Of a DNA stretch of 64,000 nucleotides, positions 9,501 through 17,900 are shown in pieces. The notes below the pieces were generated by a model. That model was not told the DNA's origin. It saw only the letters and a program-made list of their open reading frames with translations, and made no database searches. Within the stretch, counting starts at the first letter, position 1. Each line of letters starts with the position of its first letter. This DNA is from Alphaproteobacteria bacterium (GTDB lineage: Bacteria; Pseudomonadota; Alphaproteobacteria; UBA828), in NCBI GenBank assembly GCA_965214705.1, contig OZ243972.1:1824001-1888000 (forward strand), in the 5' to 3' direction. A program made the position numbers and the translations under genes.

Positions 9501-12326
9501 CGGCTCACCGCGCTGAACACGGCTACGGACCCCGACACCGAGCTGGCACAGGCCGAAGCCAGCGGGACCACGGTGGCTGCCACCGGCACGGGGCAGGCGC
9601 AGATCACGGTCTACCACGACCCGCGCCCCTCGGATGCGTCGGCCGCGGCGGGGAGCCGCTACGACTCAGGCGTAGCGCTGCTCAAGGCGGCCAGCCGGTC
9701 CTACGCGGTGCGCACGGTGACGGGCACCGGCACGGTGGACGACCTCGCCGGGGTCGAGAACTCGGTGCTGCCGCGCTTCTTCCTGGGCGACCCGACGGAA
9801 GAGGGCTGGGGTCCCTCGGAGCCGGGGGTCAACAACGGCGGCCTGAAGTGGCTGCGGAAGGTGCTCGAGGAACAGCAGGAATCGTCGCCTCCGCCCGCGC
9901 CGACGGTGACCGTCGAGGCCGGCGCGGCGGTGGACGAGGGGACGGCGGCGTCGTTCACGGTGACGTTCTCGCAAGCGGCGCCGGCGGACGGGCTGACGCT
10001 CGCCTACACCGTGTCCGAGGACGGCGCCTTCGTGGCGGCCTCTGACGAGGGCGCGAAGACCCTCGCCATCGCCGGAGGCGCGACCAGTGCCACGCTCAGC
10101 GTGGCGACGGCGGACGACGACGGGGACGAGGCGGACGGCAAGGTGACGGTGACGCTCGATGCCGGCACCGGCTACGAGGTCGGCGACCCCGCGAGCGCGT
10201 CGGTGACGGTGCGCGACGACGACGAGCCCGTGGCGGCGCCGGCCGCGTTCACCGTCTACCACGACCCGAACGCCGGCGCCGCGGCGGTGACCCGCTACAA
10301 CACGGCGCTCACGCTGCTCAAGGCGGCAGGCCGGACCTACGCGGTGCGCACCGTGTCGGGGACGGCCAAGGTGGACGACCTCGCCGGGGTGTCCGGCTCG
10401 GTGATGCCGCGCTTCTTCCTGGGCGATCCCGAGGCGGAGGGCTGGGGACCGGCGCGGGCCAAGGTCAACAACGGCGGCCTCAAGTGGCTGCGCTCGGCGC
10501 TGGGGCAGACGCAGGCGGCCTCGGCGTCCGCCGGGACGGTGTCGGTGTCGGTGGCGGACGCCTCGGCGCGCGAAGCGTCCGGCTCGATCGCGTTCGCGGT
10601 GACCCTGTCCGCGGCGGCGCGCGAAGCGGTGTCGGTGGACTGGGCGACGCGGGACGGCACGGCGACTTCGGGCACGGATTACACGGCGGCAAGCGGCACG
10701 CTCACCTTCGCCACGGGCGAGACGCGCAAGTCGGTAACCGTCACCCTCCTCGACGACGTGCATGACGAGGGCACGGAGACCTTCTCGCTGGTGCTGAGCA
10801 ACCCGCGTCCGGGGGACGCGGCGACGCTCGCGGACGGGACGGCGACGGGCACGATCTCGAACGCCGACCCGCTGCAGAAGGACTGGCTGGCGCGGTTCGG
10901 CCGCGCGGTGGCTTCGGATGCCATCGCCGCGGTGACGGTGCGGCTGGAGGTGCCGCGGGACGCGGGCTCGCACTTCACGCTGGGCGGGCACCGCATGGCG
11001 CTCGACGGCTCCGGGGGGGAACCCGGCCTGCCGCCGGCGCCGGCGTTCGGACCCGGCACCGCGTCGTGGCTCACCTGGTCCGGCGACCCGGCCGGGGACC
11101 GCTCGCGGACGATGACCACGCGCGAGCTGCTGCTCGGCACGTCGTTCCGCGCGGTGCTCGGGCAGGGCGCGGGCTCGCAGTTCACGAGCTGGGGCCAGGG
11201 CGCGTCGGTGTCGCAGTTCTCCAGCGCCGGTACGGGCCTCAGCCTGAGCGGCGAGGCGGCGACCGGTGCCATGGGCATGGACTACGAGCGCGGGCGCCTG
11301 CTGACCGGGTTCGCGATGACGCACAGCGTCGGCGAGGGCACGGCGCAGGGCGCGGGCCGGGTCTACGCGATGGGGAGCTCGGTGACGACGATGCTGCCCT
11401 ATGCGCGGCTCAGGCTCTCCGAGCGCCTGTCGGCCTGGGGTCTGGCGGGGACGGGCAGCGGAAGCCTCTCGCTGGAGCTCGACGGCGGTCCGGCGGAGCG
11501 CTACGGCACGGACCTGTCGATGACGCTGGCCGCGATGGGCATGCGGGGCGAGCTGGTGACGCCTGCGGAGGCGGACGGGTTCGCGCTGGCGCTCAAGGCG
11601 GACGCGTTCTGGGTCCGGACGGAGTCGGACAGGGCCTCGGTGCCCGGCGTGGGCAACCTCGCCGGCGCGCAGGCCGAGGCGAGCCGCGTCCGGGCGGTGC
11701 TGGACGGATCAAGGAAGTTCGCGCTCGCTGACGGCGGGACGCTGACGCCGTCGGCGACGCTGGGCTTGCGCCACGACGGGGGCGACGCGGAGACCGGGAC
11801 GGGCGTGGAGCTCGGCGCCGGCATCGGCTACGCCGACCCGTCGCGGGGCCTCGACATGGCGCTCCGGGTGCACGGTCTCGCGGCGCATGCCGCGGACGGC
11901 TACTCGGAGTGGGGCGTGTCGGGGTCGATCCGGCTGGTGCCGGGCGGCGCCGGACGCGGCCTGTCGATGTCGCTCACGCCGTCTCACGGCGTGGATCCGG
12001 GCAGCAAGGAGCCGCTGTGGATGCTGTCGGACGCGTCGGGGCTGGCGGCGAACGACGACGCGCCGCTGTCGAGCCGGCTCGATGCGGAGCTCGGCTACGG
12101 CATCGCGCTGTTCGGCGGGGGCTTCACGGGCACGCCCAATGTCGGGTTCGGTCTGTCGGACACGATGCGGGAGTACCGCATGGGCTGGCGTCTGAGCTCG
12201 GCGCGGCCGGGCGACGCCGGGGGCTTCGAGCTCAGCCTCGACGCCGCGCGGCGCGAGGCCGCGAACGACCCCGGAGCGAGCGAGCCCGAGCACAGGATCG
12301 GCTTCGGTCTCACCGCGCGCTGGTAG
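6510..12326 (+). CDS. Large surface protein/adhesin: Calx-beta, fibronectin type III and cadherin domains with autotransporter-like C-terminal beta-barrel (start codon uncertain)
   Basis: Signal-like LAGAFVLLALGVLAAPQAEA; FN3 repeats (W...GLTPGTEY); cadherin DADG...VTDVDD; Calx-beta DDVHDEGTETF; C-terminus LRHDGGDAETGTG...IGFGLTARW. Confidence 0.88.
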   Translation: MRIGWSGASDGKACVSGSDSERVPSGSRLGPRGGAASRSSFRAFAGLRSGAAHALAGAFVLLALGVLAAPQAEAQSATYVAVIDGITPGRGSEGTTFAFRVRLVDPSVGFVGAPPGGLTVNLTVSDTTTAGADYVAPQNEGAKTVTFREGQSEATYRVPTVDDNQDEPDGTIKLALAAGNGYTVSESQPSQTPTVTDNDTPVPNLTVNPVSGNGDKLNVSWSAPTGVSFTGYSVLWKTRSQTYLRGSRTGSASFLASTTSYQITGLTPGTEYDVLVNALTPSFRVVAGSGTSATTHSNRAPAFLAQYYFFELAENDDGSTTPVSLGSVLASDADGTTVSYSITDGNPGNKFAISSTGAITYTGSGENYESFRRNRAGFGTPDMAYVLTVEATDAGGASGAATVQIEVTDVDDPPAAPAAPTVSPTQYTTTSLDVNWERPANGGPPITSYDLRYKRSADTGWTSGPQDVTVPVTFTRMSARITGLTAGTAYQVQVRASNEEGDGPWSNSGTGTTTATPPSVVDGVTGINLTLNRNSIDEGGQAQWITATVSLIGQTRSTATSVTIDGEGITTDLDILTWAIHKTITIPANARRVTTTLGITPYDDSYHEGPETFRIIAAAAIGGYELIDKEVVTIIDNDLGRLIGLTVTPVPGTTDSLRISWNAFPGANDYRFEWKSGNAEYHPSSTTRLLSANTSTTHSGRSPGTTYTYRITALDTTTNPHTELAQAEASGTTALPAITNFTVSPVDGDGTKLRLSWDAVQGANNYLLEWKSGNQEYATTGRRSLVGNVTSATPTGLSPGTTYTYRLTALNTATNPDTKLAQAEASGTTYAPLPTIANFTVSPVSGEPTKLSLRWDSVQGAGKYRLEWKSGDQEYNSVRSSSVTITSATLTGLSSSTTYTVRVTALNTATNPDTELAQAEGSGTTALPTIANFTVSPVMGDGTKLRLSWDTVQGANNYLLQWKSGNQEYVNTGRRSLVGNVTSATPTGLSPGTTYTYRLTALNTATDPDTELAQAEASGTTVAATGTGQAQITVYHDPRPSDASAAAGSRYDSGVALLKAASRSYAVRTVTGTGTVDDLAGVENSVLPRFFLGDPTEEGWGPSEPGVNNGGLKWLRKVLEEQQESSPPPAPTVTVEAGAAVDEGTAASFTVTFSQAAPADGLTLAYTVSEDGAFVAASDEGAKTLAIAGGATSATLSVATADDDGDEADGKVTVTLDAGTGYEVGDPASASVTVRDDDEPVAAPAAFTVYHDPNAGAAAVTRYNTALTLLKAAGRTYAVRTVSGTAKVDDLAGVSGSVMPRFFLGDPEAEGWGPARAKVNNGGLKWLRSALGQTQAASASAGTVSVSVADASAREASGSIAFAVTLSAAAREAVSVDWATRDGTATSGTDYTAASGTLTFATGETRKSVTVTLLDDVHDEGTETFSLVLSNPRPGDAATLADGTATGTISNADPLQKDWLARFGRAVASDAIAAVTVRLEVPRDAGSHFTLGGHRMALDGSGGEPGLPPAPAFGPGTASWLTWSGDPAGDRSRTMTTRELLLGTSFRAVLGQGAGSQFTSWGQGASVSQFSSAGTGLSLSGEAATGAMGMDYERGRLLTGFAMTHSVGEGTAQGAGRVYAMGSSVTTMLPYARLRLSERLSAWGLAGTGSGSLSLELDGGPAERYGTDLSMTLAAMGMRGELVTPAEADGFALALKADAFWVRTESDRASVPGVGNLAGAQAEASRVRAVLDGSRKFALADGGTLTPSATLGLRHDGGDAETGTGVELGAGIGYADPSRGLDMALRVHGLAAHAADGYSEWGVSGSIRLVPGGAGRGLSMSLTPSHGVDPGSKEPLWMLSDASGLAANDDAPLSSRLDAELGYGIALFGGGFTGTPNVGFGLSDTMREYRMGWRLSSARPGDAGGFELSLDAARREAANDPGASEPEHRIGFGLTARW
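8430..9570 (+). repeat. Four tandem ~290-bp FN3-coding repeats
   Basis: Units TV(S/T)PV..(K/S)L..W..WKSG..EY..LAQAE(A/G)SGTT; units 2 and 4 nearly identical in DNA. Coordinates approximate. Confidence 0.85.
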
Positions 12327-12372
12327 CGGCCCGGCGCCGGGAAGGCCGGTCCGCCGGTGAGGCCGATCCGCG

Positions 12373-12909
12373 ATGGACAGCGGGACGCGCACATGGAAGC
12401 TGCTGTGCGGGCTTGAGGCCTACCGGGCGGCGTACGAGGCGCACGCGGCGCCTCCGGGGTTCGAGAGGGAGACCGCGTTCCCGGTGCGTGTCCAGTCGAA
12501 GGCGGACCTTGCGGCGCGGGATCCCTGGCGGATCGAGGCGTGGGAGAACCCGTTTGCGCGGGACGGCCCGGCTTCGCCGTTCCTTGCCGGCGAAGCGATG
12601 CTGGAGGCCGAGGGCTCGGCGCGGGCTTCGCCGCTCGTGCCGTTTCTCGCGGCCGCGGGCGCGCGCATCGACGGGCTCAGGCTTCTGGACGGGACGCTGA
12701 TCGTGAAGGTCGAGCAGGCCGGGCGGGCGGTGCAGGTCCGGGTGACGAACGAGGGTCCGCTGCTCGCCGGCGGGGGCCTCCGGCTCTATCACGACTACGG
12801 GCTGGAGCTGCCCATGGAGATCGCCCGCCTGGAGGACCTGTGGAGCGTCTCGGGGGGACCGGCCCCTCGGCGAGGGCGGGTTCGGTGGGCGAGGAACGGG
12901 AATTGTTGA
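12373..12909 (+). CDS. Probable DUF6499/DUF2285-associated protein (N-terminal part of an FseA-like activator)
   Basis: AYRAAY...W.I..WENP pattern; lies directly before a DUF2285-like HTH and the excisionase/tra operon. Confidence 0.5.
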   Translation: MDSGTRTWKLLCGLEAYRAAYEAHAAPPGFERETAFPVRVQSKADLAARDPWRIEAWENPFARDGPASPFLAGEAMLEAEGSARASPLVPFLAAAGARIDGLRLLDGTLIVKVEQAGRAVQVRVTNEGPLLAGGGLRLYHDYGLELPMEIARLEDLWSVSGGPAPRRGRVRWARNGNC

Positions 12910-13106
12910 TACTGCTGGCGGCAAACCGGGCGAAGATGACGTCGCAGCGCGAGATCGCGGTCGCATACTGGGGCCTCGAGGAAGTCGCGAAGCACTGGGA
13001 CACGGCCGACTGGATGCGCGCCCGGGTGCGCTACCGGCTGGACGTGGCGCGCGGGATCGAGCGCCGGCGCCGGGCAGACGGCGGCCCGGAGGCGGACGGG
13101 GGCTGA
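12906..13106 (+). CDS. DUF2285-like helix-turn-helix protein
   Basis: SQREIAVAYWGLEEVAKHWDTADWMRARVRYRL; TTG start overlapping upstream TGA (TTGA) with GAGGA RBS, or reached by a -1 shift. Confidence 0.6.
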   Translation: MILLAANRAKMTSQREIAVAYWGLEEVAKHWDTADWMRARVRYRLDVARGIERRRRADGGPEADGG

Positions 13107-13815
13107 CCGCGCCGCTGCCGGCGCGGTTGTGGAATCCCGGAACGATCCGCACGGCGGGGGTTGTTTCCTCGCGGACGCGCCCGGCGGCGGAGTGGCGAGG
13201 CGCCGGCGGCAACCCGACTGCGTGGCATCGCTCCGGGGTGGCCGCCTCGGGTGAACCCGCCCGGCCGCGCCGGATGAGCTGCGTCGGCTGAAGGGGCGGT
13301 ATCCGGCTCAGGCATCCCGGCTGCCGGTCATCCCCGGCGTATCCCGGTTCTTCTTCCGCTCCGCCTGCCCCGGGTCGCGCAGCTTTTGGACTTGGAGCCG
13401 CCCCCTGTACCTCTGACGGCGGCTCGGGCGCGGCGCTCGCGCGACAGCGATGCGCCGCGGTCCCGCAGCGCGCCGCATGGCGCATTCCGGATCCGCACCG
13501 CCCGGGCGGATGCCGCCCTCTCTCCCGATTCGCCCCGCAGGCCTTCCGTCAGGACCGCGAACGCGCTTCTGCGGCCCGTCCGGTGCGCGAAACCGTCCGT
13601 CGGTCCGCCGGGGCGCGTTCGTAGCTCAGGCGGCCTCAGGCGTCGCGAGGCGCCGTGAGGCGCCGTCTGCCGGGGGGAGAATTTCGGCCCCCGTTTTTCT
13701 CCGTGTCGGCAAGCGCCCGCTTTCGCTTGGATGACCGCGCATGGGCGCCCGGCAGCTCGCGGGCGCCACGGGGTTCGGAGATCCCGGAACGGGTCCGGGG
13801 CAGGAGGAGAACACG

Positions 13816-14052
13816 ATGGCGGACGAGAAGAAGTACCTGTCGACGCGCAAGGCGGCGAGGCATCTGGGCCTGTCGCCGCGCACGCTCGACCGCTACCGGG
13901 TGACGGGCGGCGGGCCGGTGTACCACCAGTTCGGCACGGCGGTGCGCTACCTGGCCGAGGATCTGGACGAGTGGTCCAGGACGCGGCGGCGGCGCTCGAC
14001 GTCGGACGACGGGTCGCTCCCGCGGCCCGCGCCCGCGGGAGCGGGACAATGA
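13816..14052 (+). CDS. AlpA/RdfS-like HTH excisionase/regulator
   Basis: AGGAGG RBS; YLSTRKAARHLGLSPRTLDRYRVTGGGPVYHQFGTAVRY..EDLDEW. Confidence 0.85.
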   Translation: MADEKKYLSTRKAARHLGLSPRTLDRYRVTGGGPVYHQFGTAVRYLAEDLDEWSRTRRRRSTSDDGSLPRPAPAGAGQ

Positions 14053-14363
14053 GCGCCCGGGGCCGGGGATGGACGCGCGCGGGCCTCGGCATGGCGGCGT
14101 TCGCGGCGGCCACCGTGCTGGCGGGAGCGGACGCCGCGTTCGCCACGACGGACACTACCTTCGACAATCCGCTCGACACGGTGGAGGGCATCGTGGGCGG
14201 CACCGGCGGCCAGCTCGCCGCCGCGCTCGCCGTGGGCGCCGCGCTGGTCGGCTCGGTGCTGCGCTTCAACGCCATGCAGCTGATGGGCGCGGTCGGCGTC
14301 GGCATCGCGGCCGGCGCCGGCACCGGGATCGTCACCGGCCTGGTCGGCACGGCGATCGTCTGA
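14049..14363 (+). CDS. traA: Conjugative pilin
   Basis: Leader plus two hydrophobic segments; first gene before traL; ATGA overlap with upstream gene. Confidence 0.7.
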   Translation: MSARGRGWTRAGLGMAAFAAATVLAGADAAFATTDTTFDNPLDTVEGIVGGTGGQLAAALAVGAALVGSVLRFNAMQLMGAVGVGIAAGAGTGIVTGLVGTAIV

Positions 14364-14656
14364 TGAACGACGCGGCCCGCCACACCATCCCGCGCCGGCT
14401 CGACGACCCGGAGCGCTGGCTGTTCTGGACCGTCGACGAGGCGGCCGCCCTGATGGGACCCGCCCTGCTCGGGCTGGCGGCCAACCAGTTCGTGCCGGGG
14501 CTGGTCGCGGGCGTCGGCGGCTGGCTGCTGCTGCGGCGCGTCAAGCGCGGCGGCGGCGCCAACATCGCGCGCTACGCGCTTTACTGGTTCCTGCCGGACT
14601 TCGTGCTGCGTTTGAAGGCGACGCCGCCGAGCCACCTCCGGCGCTTCGTCGGCTGA
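14363..14656 (+). CDS. traL: Pilus assembly protein TraL
   Basis: IPRRLDDPERWLFWTVDE...YWFLP motif. Confidence 0.9.
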   Translation: MNDAARHTIPRRLDDPERWLFWTVDEAAALMGPALLGLAANQFVPGLVAGVGGWLLLRRVKRGGGANIARYALYWFLPDFVLRLKATPPSHLRRFVG

Positions 14657-14664
14657 GGCGGGCG

Positions 14665-15237
14665 ATGCGGCGCATCGAAATGGACTCCGCCCTCCGCCGG
14701 GTGCGGGACGTGCGGCTCGCGCTGGCGGGCCTGCTCGTGCTGTCGATGACCGCCAACCTGATGCTCACGATGAGCTTCGCCGGGCGCGAGACGGTGACCG
14801 TGCTGGTGCCGGCGGCGGCGGGTCCGGCGTGGGAAGTGAGCGGCAGCGGCGCCGGCGCGGGCCTGGCGGGCGCCCGGTATCTCGAGGACATGGCGCGCAC
14901 GGCGGCGGTGACTCTGCTCACGCTGACGCCCGAGAACGCAACCCATGTGCGCCTCGCGGCCGCGCGGCTTGCCCACGCCTCGGCGCGGGGCGCGATCGGC
15001 GCGTGGGTCGAGGCCGAGGCGGACCGCATGGCCGGGCGCGACATGGCGAGCGCGTTCTATCCCGCGGAAATCCAGGCCGACCCCGAACGGCTCAGCGTGG
15101 AGATCGCGGGCGAGCTCGTGACCTGGATCGGGCGCGAGGAGTCCTCGCGCGAGGACCGGCGCTACCGGCTGGCGTTCCGCGTCGATGCCGGGCGGATCGG
15201 GCTGCTGCGCTTCGAACAGATGGAGAGTGAAAAATGA
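14665..15237 (+). CDS. traE: Pilus assembly protein TraE
   Basis: N-terminal TM, TVLVP, YLEDMA..LLTLTPEN, SAFYP; synteny. Confidence 0.88.
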   Translation: MRRIEMDSALRRVRDVRLALAGLLVLSMTANLMLTMSFAGRETVTVLVPAAAGPAWEVSGSGAGAGLAGARYLEDMARTAAVTLLTLTPENATHVRLAAARLAHASARGAIGAWVEAEADRMAGRDMASAFYPAEIQADPERLSVEIAGELVTWIGREESSREDRRYRLAFRVDAGRIGLLRFEQMESEK

Positions 15238-16022
15238 CGATTATCGGTTCGCGCCCGCGCGCGGCGCTCCTTGCCCTGCACATCGTTGTCATGGGCGCGC
15301 TCGCGACGCCGCTTCCCGCGCTGGCGATGCAGATCCTCGATGCGGCGGACCATGCCGAGCTCGCCGCGGAAATCTCCGCAACGGGCGTCAACCGGATCGC
15401 GCTGGCGGGCGACCGGATCGTGAAGGTGGTGCGTGCCCCGGACGGGTTCGCGGTCGAGCACGACGCCGCCTCGGGGGACCTCTATCTGAGGTCCGCGCAC
15501 CCCTCGCCGTCCGCCGAAACGTCCGGGCATGAGCCCGTCACGCTGTTCATCGGCACGGAGAGGGGCTTCACCTACCGGCTGACGCTGACCCCGGCGGACC
15601 GCGCATCCGCGCAGATCCTGATCCGCAACGCGGCGGCCCTGCCGGGGCCCGGCGAAATCTCCGGTGCCGGCGCTCCGGTGGCGACATCCGAGCCTCGCGT
15701 ATCGGCGCTGCTGCGGCTGGTGCGCGCGGTGGCGCGCCGCGAGCTGCCGCCGGGCCACGCAATTGTCGTCGCGGACCAAGCGGAGGCATCCGGGCTGAGG
15801 CTCATCGAGACCTGGCGGGGTCCGCGCTTCGCGGCGCTCGTCTTCGAGGCCGCACGTCCGGCATCGGTCGGTGCGGACGGGCTTGCGGGCCTCGCCGGGA
15901 CCATCGGGAGCCTGCCGGGCGCCGGCCGGGTCGCCGCGCTGTGGCTCGCGGCGCCCCGCACCGGGCCGTCCGGCGGGCGGCTGGTCGTGGCGGTGACCGA
16001 AGCCGCCGGAGGCCCGCGATGA
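15234..16022 (+). CDS. traK: Secretin-like TraK
   Basis: ISATGVNRIALAGDRI, GDLYL, TLFIGTERGFTYRLTLTP; synteny. Confidence 0.88.
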   Translation: MTIIGSRPRAALLALHIVVMGALATPLPALAMQILDAADHAELAAEISATGVNRIALAGDRIVKVVRAPDGFAVEHDAASGDLYLRSAHPSPSAETSGHEPVTLFIGTERGFTYRLTLTPADRASAQILIRNAAALPGPGEISGAGAPVATSEPRVSALLRLVRAVARRELPPGHAIVVADQAEASGLRLIETWRGPRFAALVFEAARPASVGADGLAGLAGTIGSLPGAGRVAALWLAAPRTGPSGGRLVVAVTEAAGGPR

Positions 16023-17281
16023 GCGCCCGCGCCGATACCGGCGATCCCGCGGCAGTGCGCCGTCGCCAGCTGCTGCTGTTCTCGGTCGTCGCGGCCGTCG
16101 TGCTGGTCGCCGTCGCCGCCTGGCTCGGGATGGGCGGCGGCAAGGAGCGCGCGCCGGAAAGCGGCATCGAGGCGGAGATCGCCGGGCCGGACGCGGCCGA
16201 GAAGGTCTGGACCCGGCGCTCGGAGGCGCGGCTCGGCGGGATCGAGACGCAGATCCGCGAGCTCCGGCAGGAAGCGCGGACGCTCCGCGCCGACAACGAC
16301 CGGCTGCGCGCCAGGCTGGAGACCGACGCGGCGGACGCGCGCAGCGTCATCGACCGTCAGGCGGCCGTGATCGACGAGCTGAAGCGCGGCATGCAGCCGC
16401 CGCCGGGCGACGCGGGGACCGGGGCGCCGGCCCCGGGCGAGTACTTCCGGGCGCAGGGGAACACGCCGTCCGGCGGGCAGACGCAACCGACCGCGCCGCT
16501 CGCGCCGACTCCCATGATCGAGACATTCGACCTGGAAGGCGCGCCGCGATCTTCCGCGGCCGATCCCCGGTCCGGCCCCGAGCTGGTTGCCGACGCTGTG
16601 GCGAAGCCGGTGTCGGTGTGGCTGCCGGCGGGCGCCCATGCCGAGGCCGTGGTGCTGGCCGGCGTCGACGCCTCCGCCGGGGTCTCGTCGCAGGGCGATC
16701 CGCGCCCGGTGCTGTTCCGCATCGTGGGTCCCGCCTGGACCGCCGCCGAGGACGGCACCGCCCTGCAGGTGGACGTCGATGGCTGCACGGTCACCGGCGC
16801 GGCGCATGGCGACCTCTCGTCGGAGAAGGTCTACGCCAGGTTCCGCACCATGACCTGCGCCGGGCCGGAGCCGGGCACGGTGGTCGAGACCGACGTGGCG
16901 GGGTTCGTGGCGGGCTCGGGCAAGACCGGGGTGCGCGGCCCGGTGGTGAGCCGCGAGGGCGCGCTCGTCGAGAAGGCGTTCCTCGCCGGCCTGGTCTCCG
17001 GCGTCGGCCAGGGCGTGAGCCAGGCGTTCCAGCCGCAGGCGGTCGCGACCGGCGGCGGAGCGGCGGTCGCCAACACCGGGCTGGGCGACATCGGACGGGC
17101 CGGCCTCGGCGCCGGGGCGTCGAGCGCCGGGCAGAAGGTCGCCGACTACATGATCCGCCGCGCCGAACAGTACCAGCCGGTGATCCAGCTCCAGGCCGGA
17201 ACGAAGGTGACGCTGGTGTTCCTCGAGGGCGCCCGCATCGACGGCCGCGGCCCCGTCCTGACCGCGCAGAAGGGAGACTGA
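16019..17281 (+). CDS. traB: TraB (VirB10-like)
   Basis: TM, coiled coil, LAGVDA, GDLSSEKVY, GKTGVRGPVVSREG, AEQYQPVI. Confidence 0.92.
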   Translation: MSARADTGDPAAVRRRQLLLFSVVAAVVLVAVAAWLGMGGGKERAPESGIEAEIAGPDAAEKVWTRRSEARLGGIETQIRELRQEARTLRADNDRLRARLETDAADARSVIDRQAAVIDELKRGMQPPPGDAGTGAPAPGEYFRAQGNTPSGGQTQPTAPLAPTPMIETFDLEGAPRSSAADPRSGPELVADAVAKPVSVWLPAGAHAEAVVLAGVDASAGVSSQGDPRPVLFRIVGPAWTAAEDGTALQVDVDGCTVTGAAHGDLSSEKVYARFRTMTCAGPEPGTVVETDVAGFVAGSGKTGVRGPVVSREGALVEKAFLAGLVSGVGQGVSQAFQPQAVATGGGAAVANTGLGDIGRAGLGAGASSAGQKVADYMIRRAEQYQPVIQLQAGTKVTLVFLEGARIDGRGPVLTAQKGD

Positions 17282-17282
17282 C

Positions 17283-17900
17283 ATGACGCTTGCCACGAAA
17301 TACCCGCGCCGCATGGCGCTTCCGCTTGCCGCGATCGCCGCGCTGCTGCTGGCCGGCTGTTCGTCGGGCAATGTCGGCGAAAGCTGGCAGTGCCCGCTGG
17401 CCGACGCCGGGACCTGCGACAGCGTCGCCGCCGCCGATCCGGCGGTGCCGCATGCGGATGCCGCCGGCAATGTCGTGCTCGGCGAGCCGCTCTGGCGGGT
17501 GCGGGCGAGCGACCGGTACGAGGCGGCGCCGGAGAGGCCCTGCGAGGCCGATTGCGGCGGGTTCGATCCCTTCGACTGGCTGGCGCGGCTGTTCGGGGTT
17601 GAGGAGGACGATTCGGGCAAGGCCGATGGGGCGCCGCAACCGCTCGCCACGAAACCCTCGACGGCTGCCTCTCCGGCAACGGCCTCGCCGGTCAATCCGC
17701 TTCCGGGAGAACCGGCCCCGGCCCTTCTCCCGGCCGAACCCGGTCCGGTGCAGGACGAACCCGACGCCGGCGATCTCCGCACCGACGAGGTGGTGGCGCG
17801 GATCTGGATCGCGCCCTTCGTCGATGCCGACGGCGTGTACCGGGAGGCGTCCTGGGTCCGCGCGGTGCTGAAGCCGGCCGGCTGGAGGCTCGGGCGGTGA
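17283..17900 (+). CDS. traV: Lipoprotein TraV
   Basis: Lipobox LAGC, WQC..C, RTDEVVARIWIAPFVDADG. Confidence 0.9.
   Translation: MTLATKYPRRMALPLAAIAALLLAGCSSGNVGESWQCPLADAGTCDSVAAADPAVPHADAAGNVVLGEPLWRVRASDRYEAAPERPCEADCGGFDPFDWLARLFGVEEDDSGKADGAPQPLATKPSTAASPATASPVNPLPGEPAPALLPAEPGPVQDEPDAGDLRTDEVVARIWIAPFVDADGVYREASWVRAVLKPAGWRLGR

Noticed and set aside
13107-13815. Structured ncRNA upstream of the excisionase
   Set aside because: Hairpins are expected at this GC content; no recognisable family.
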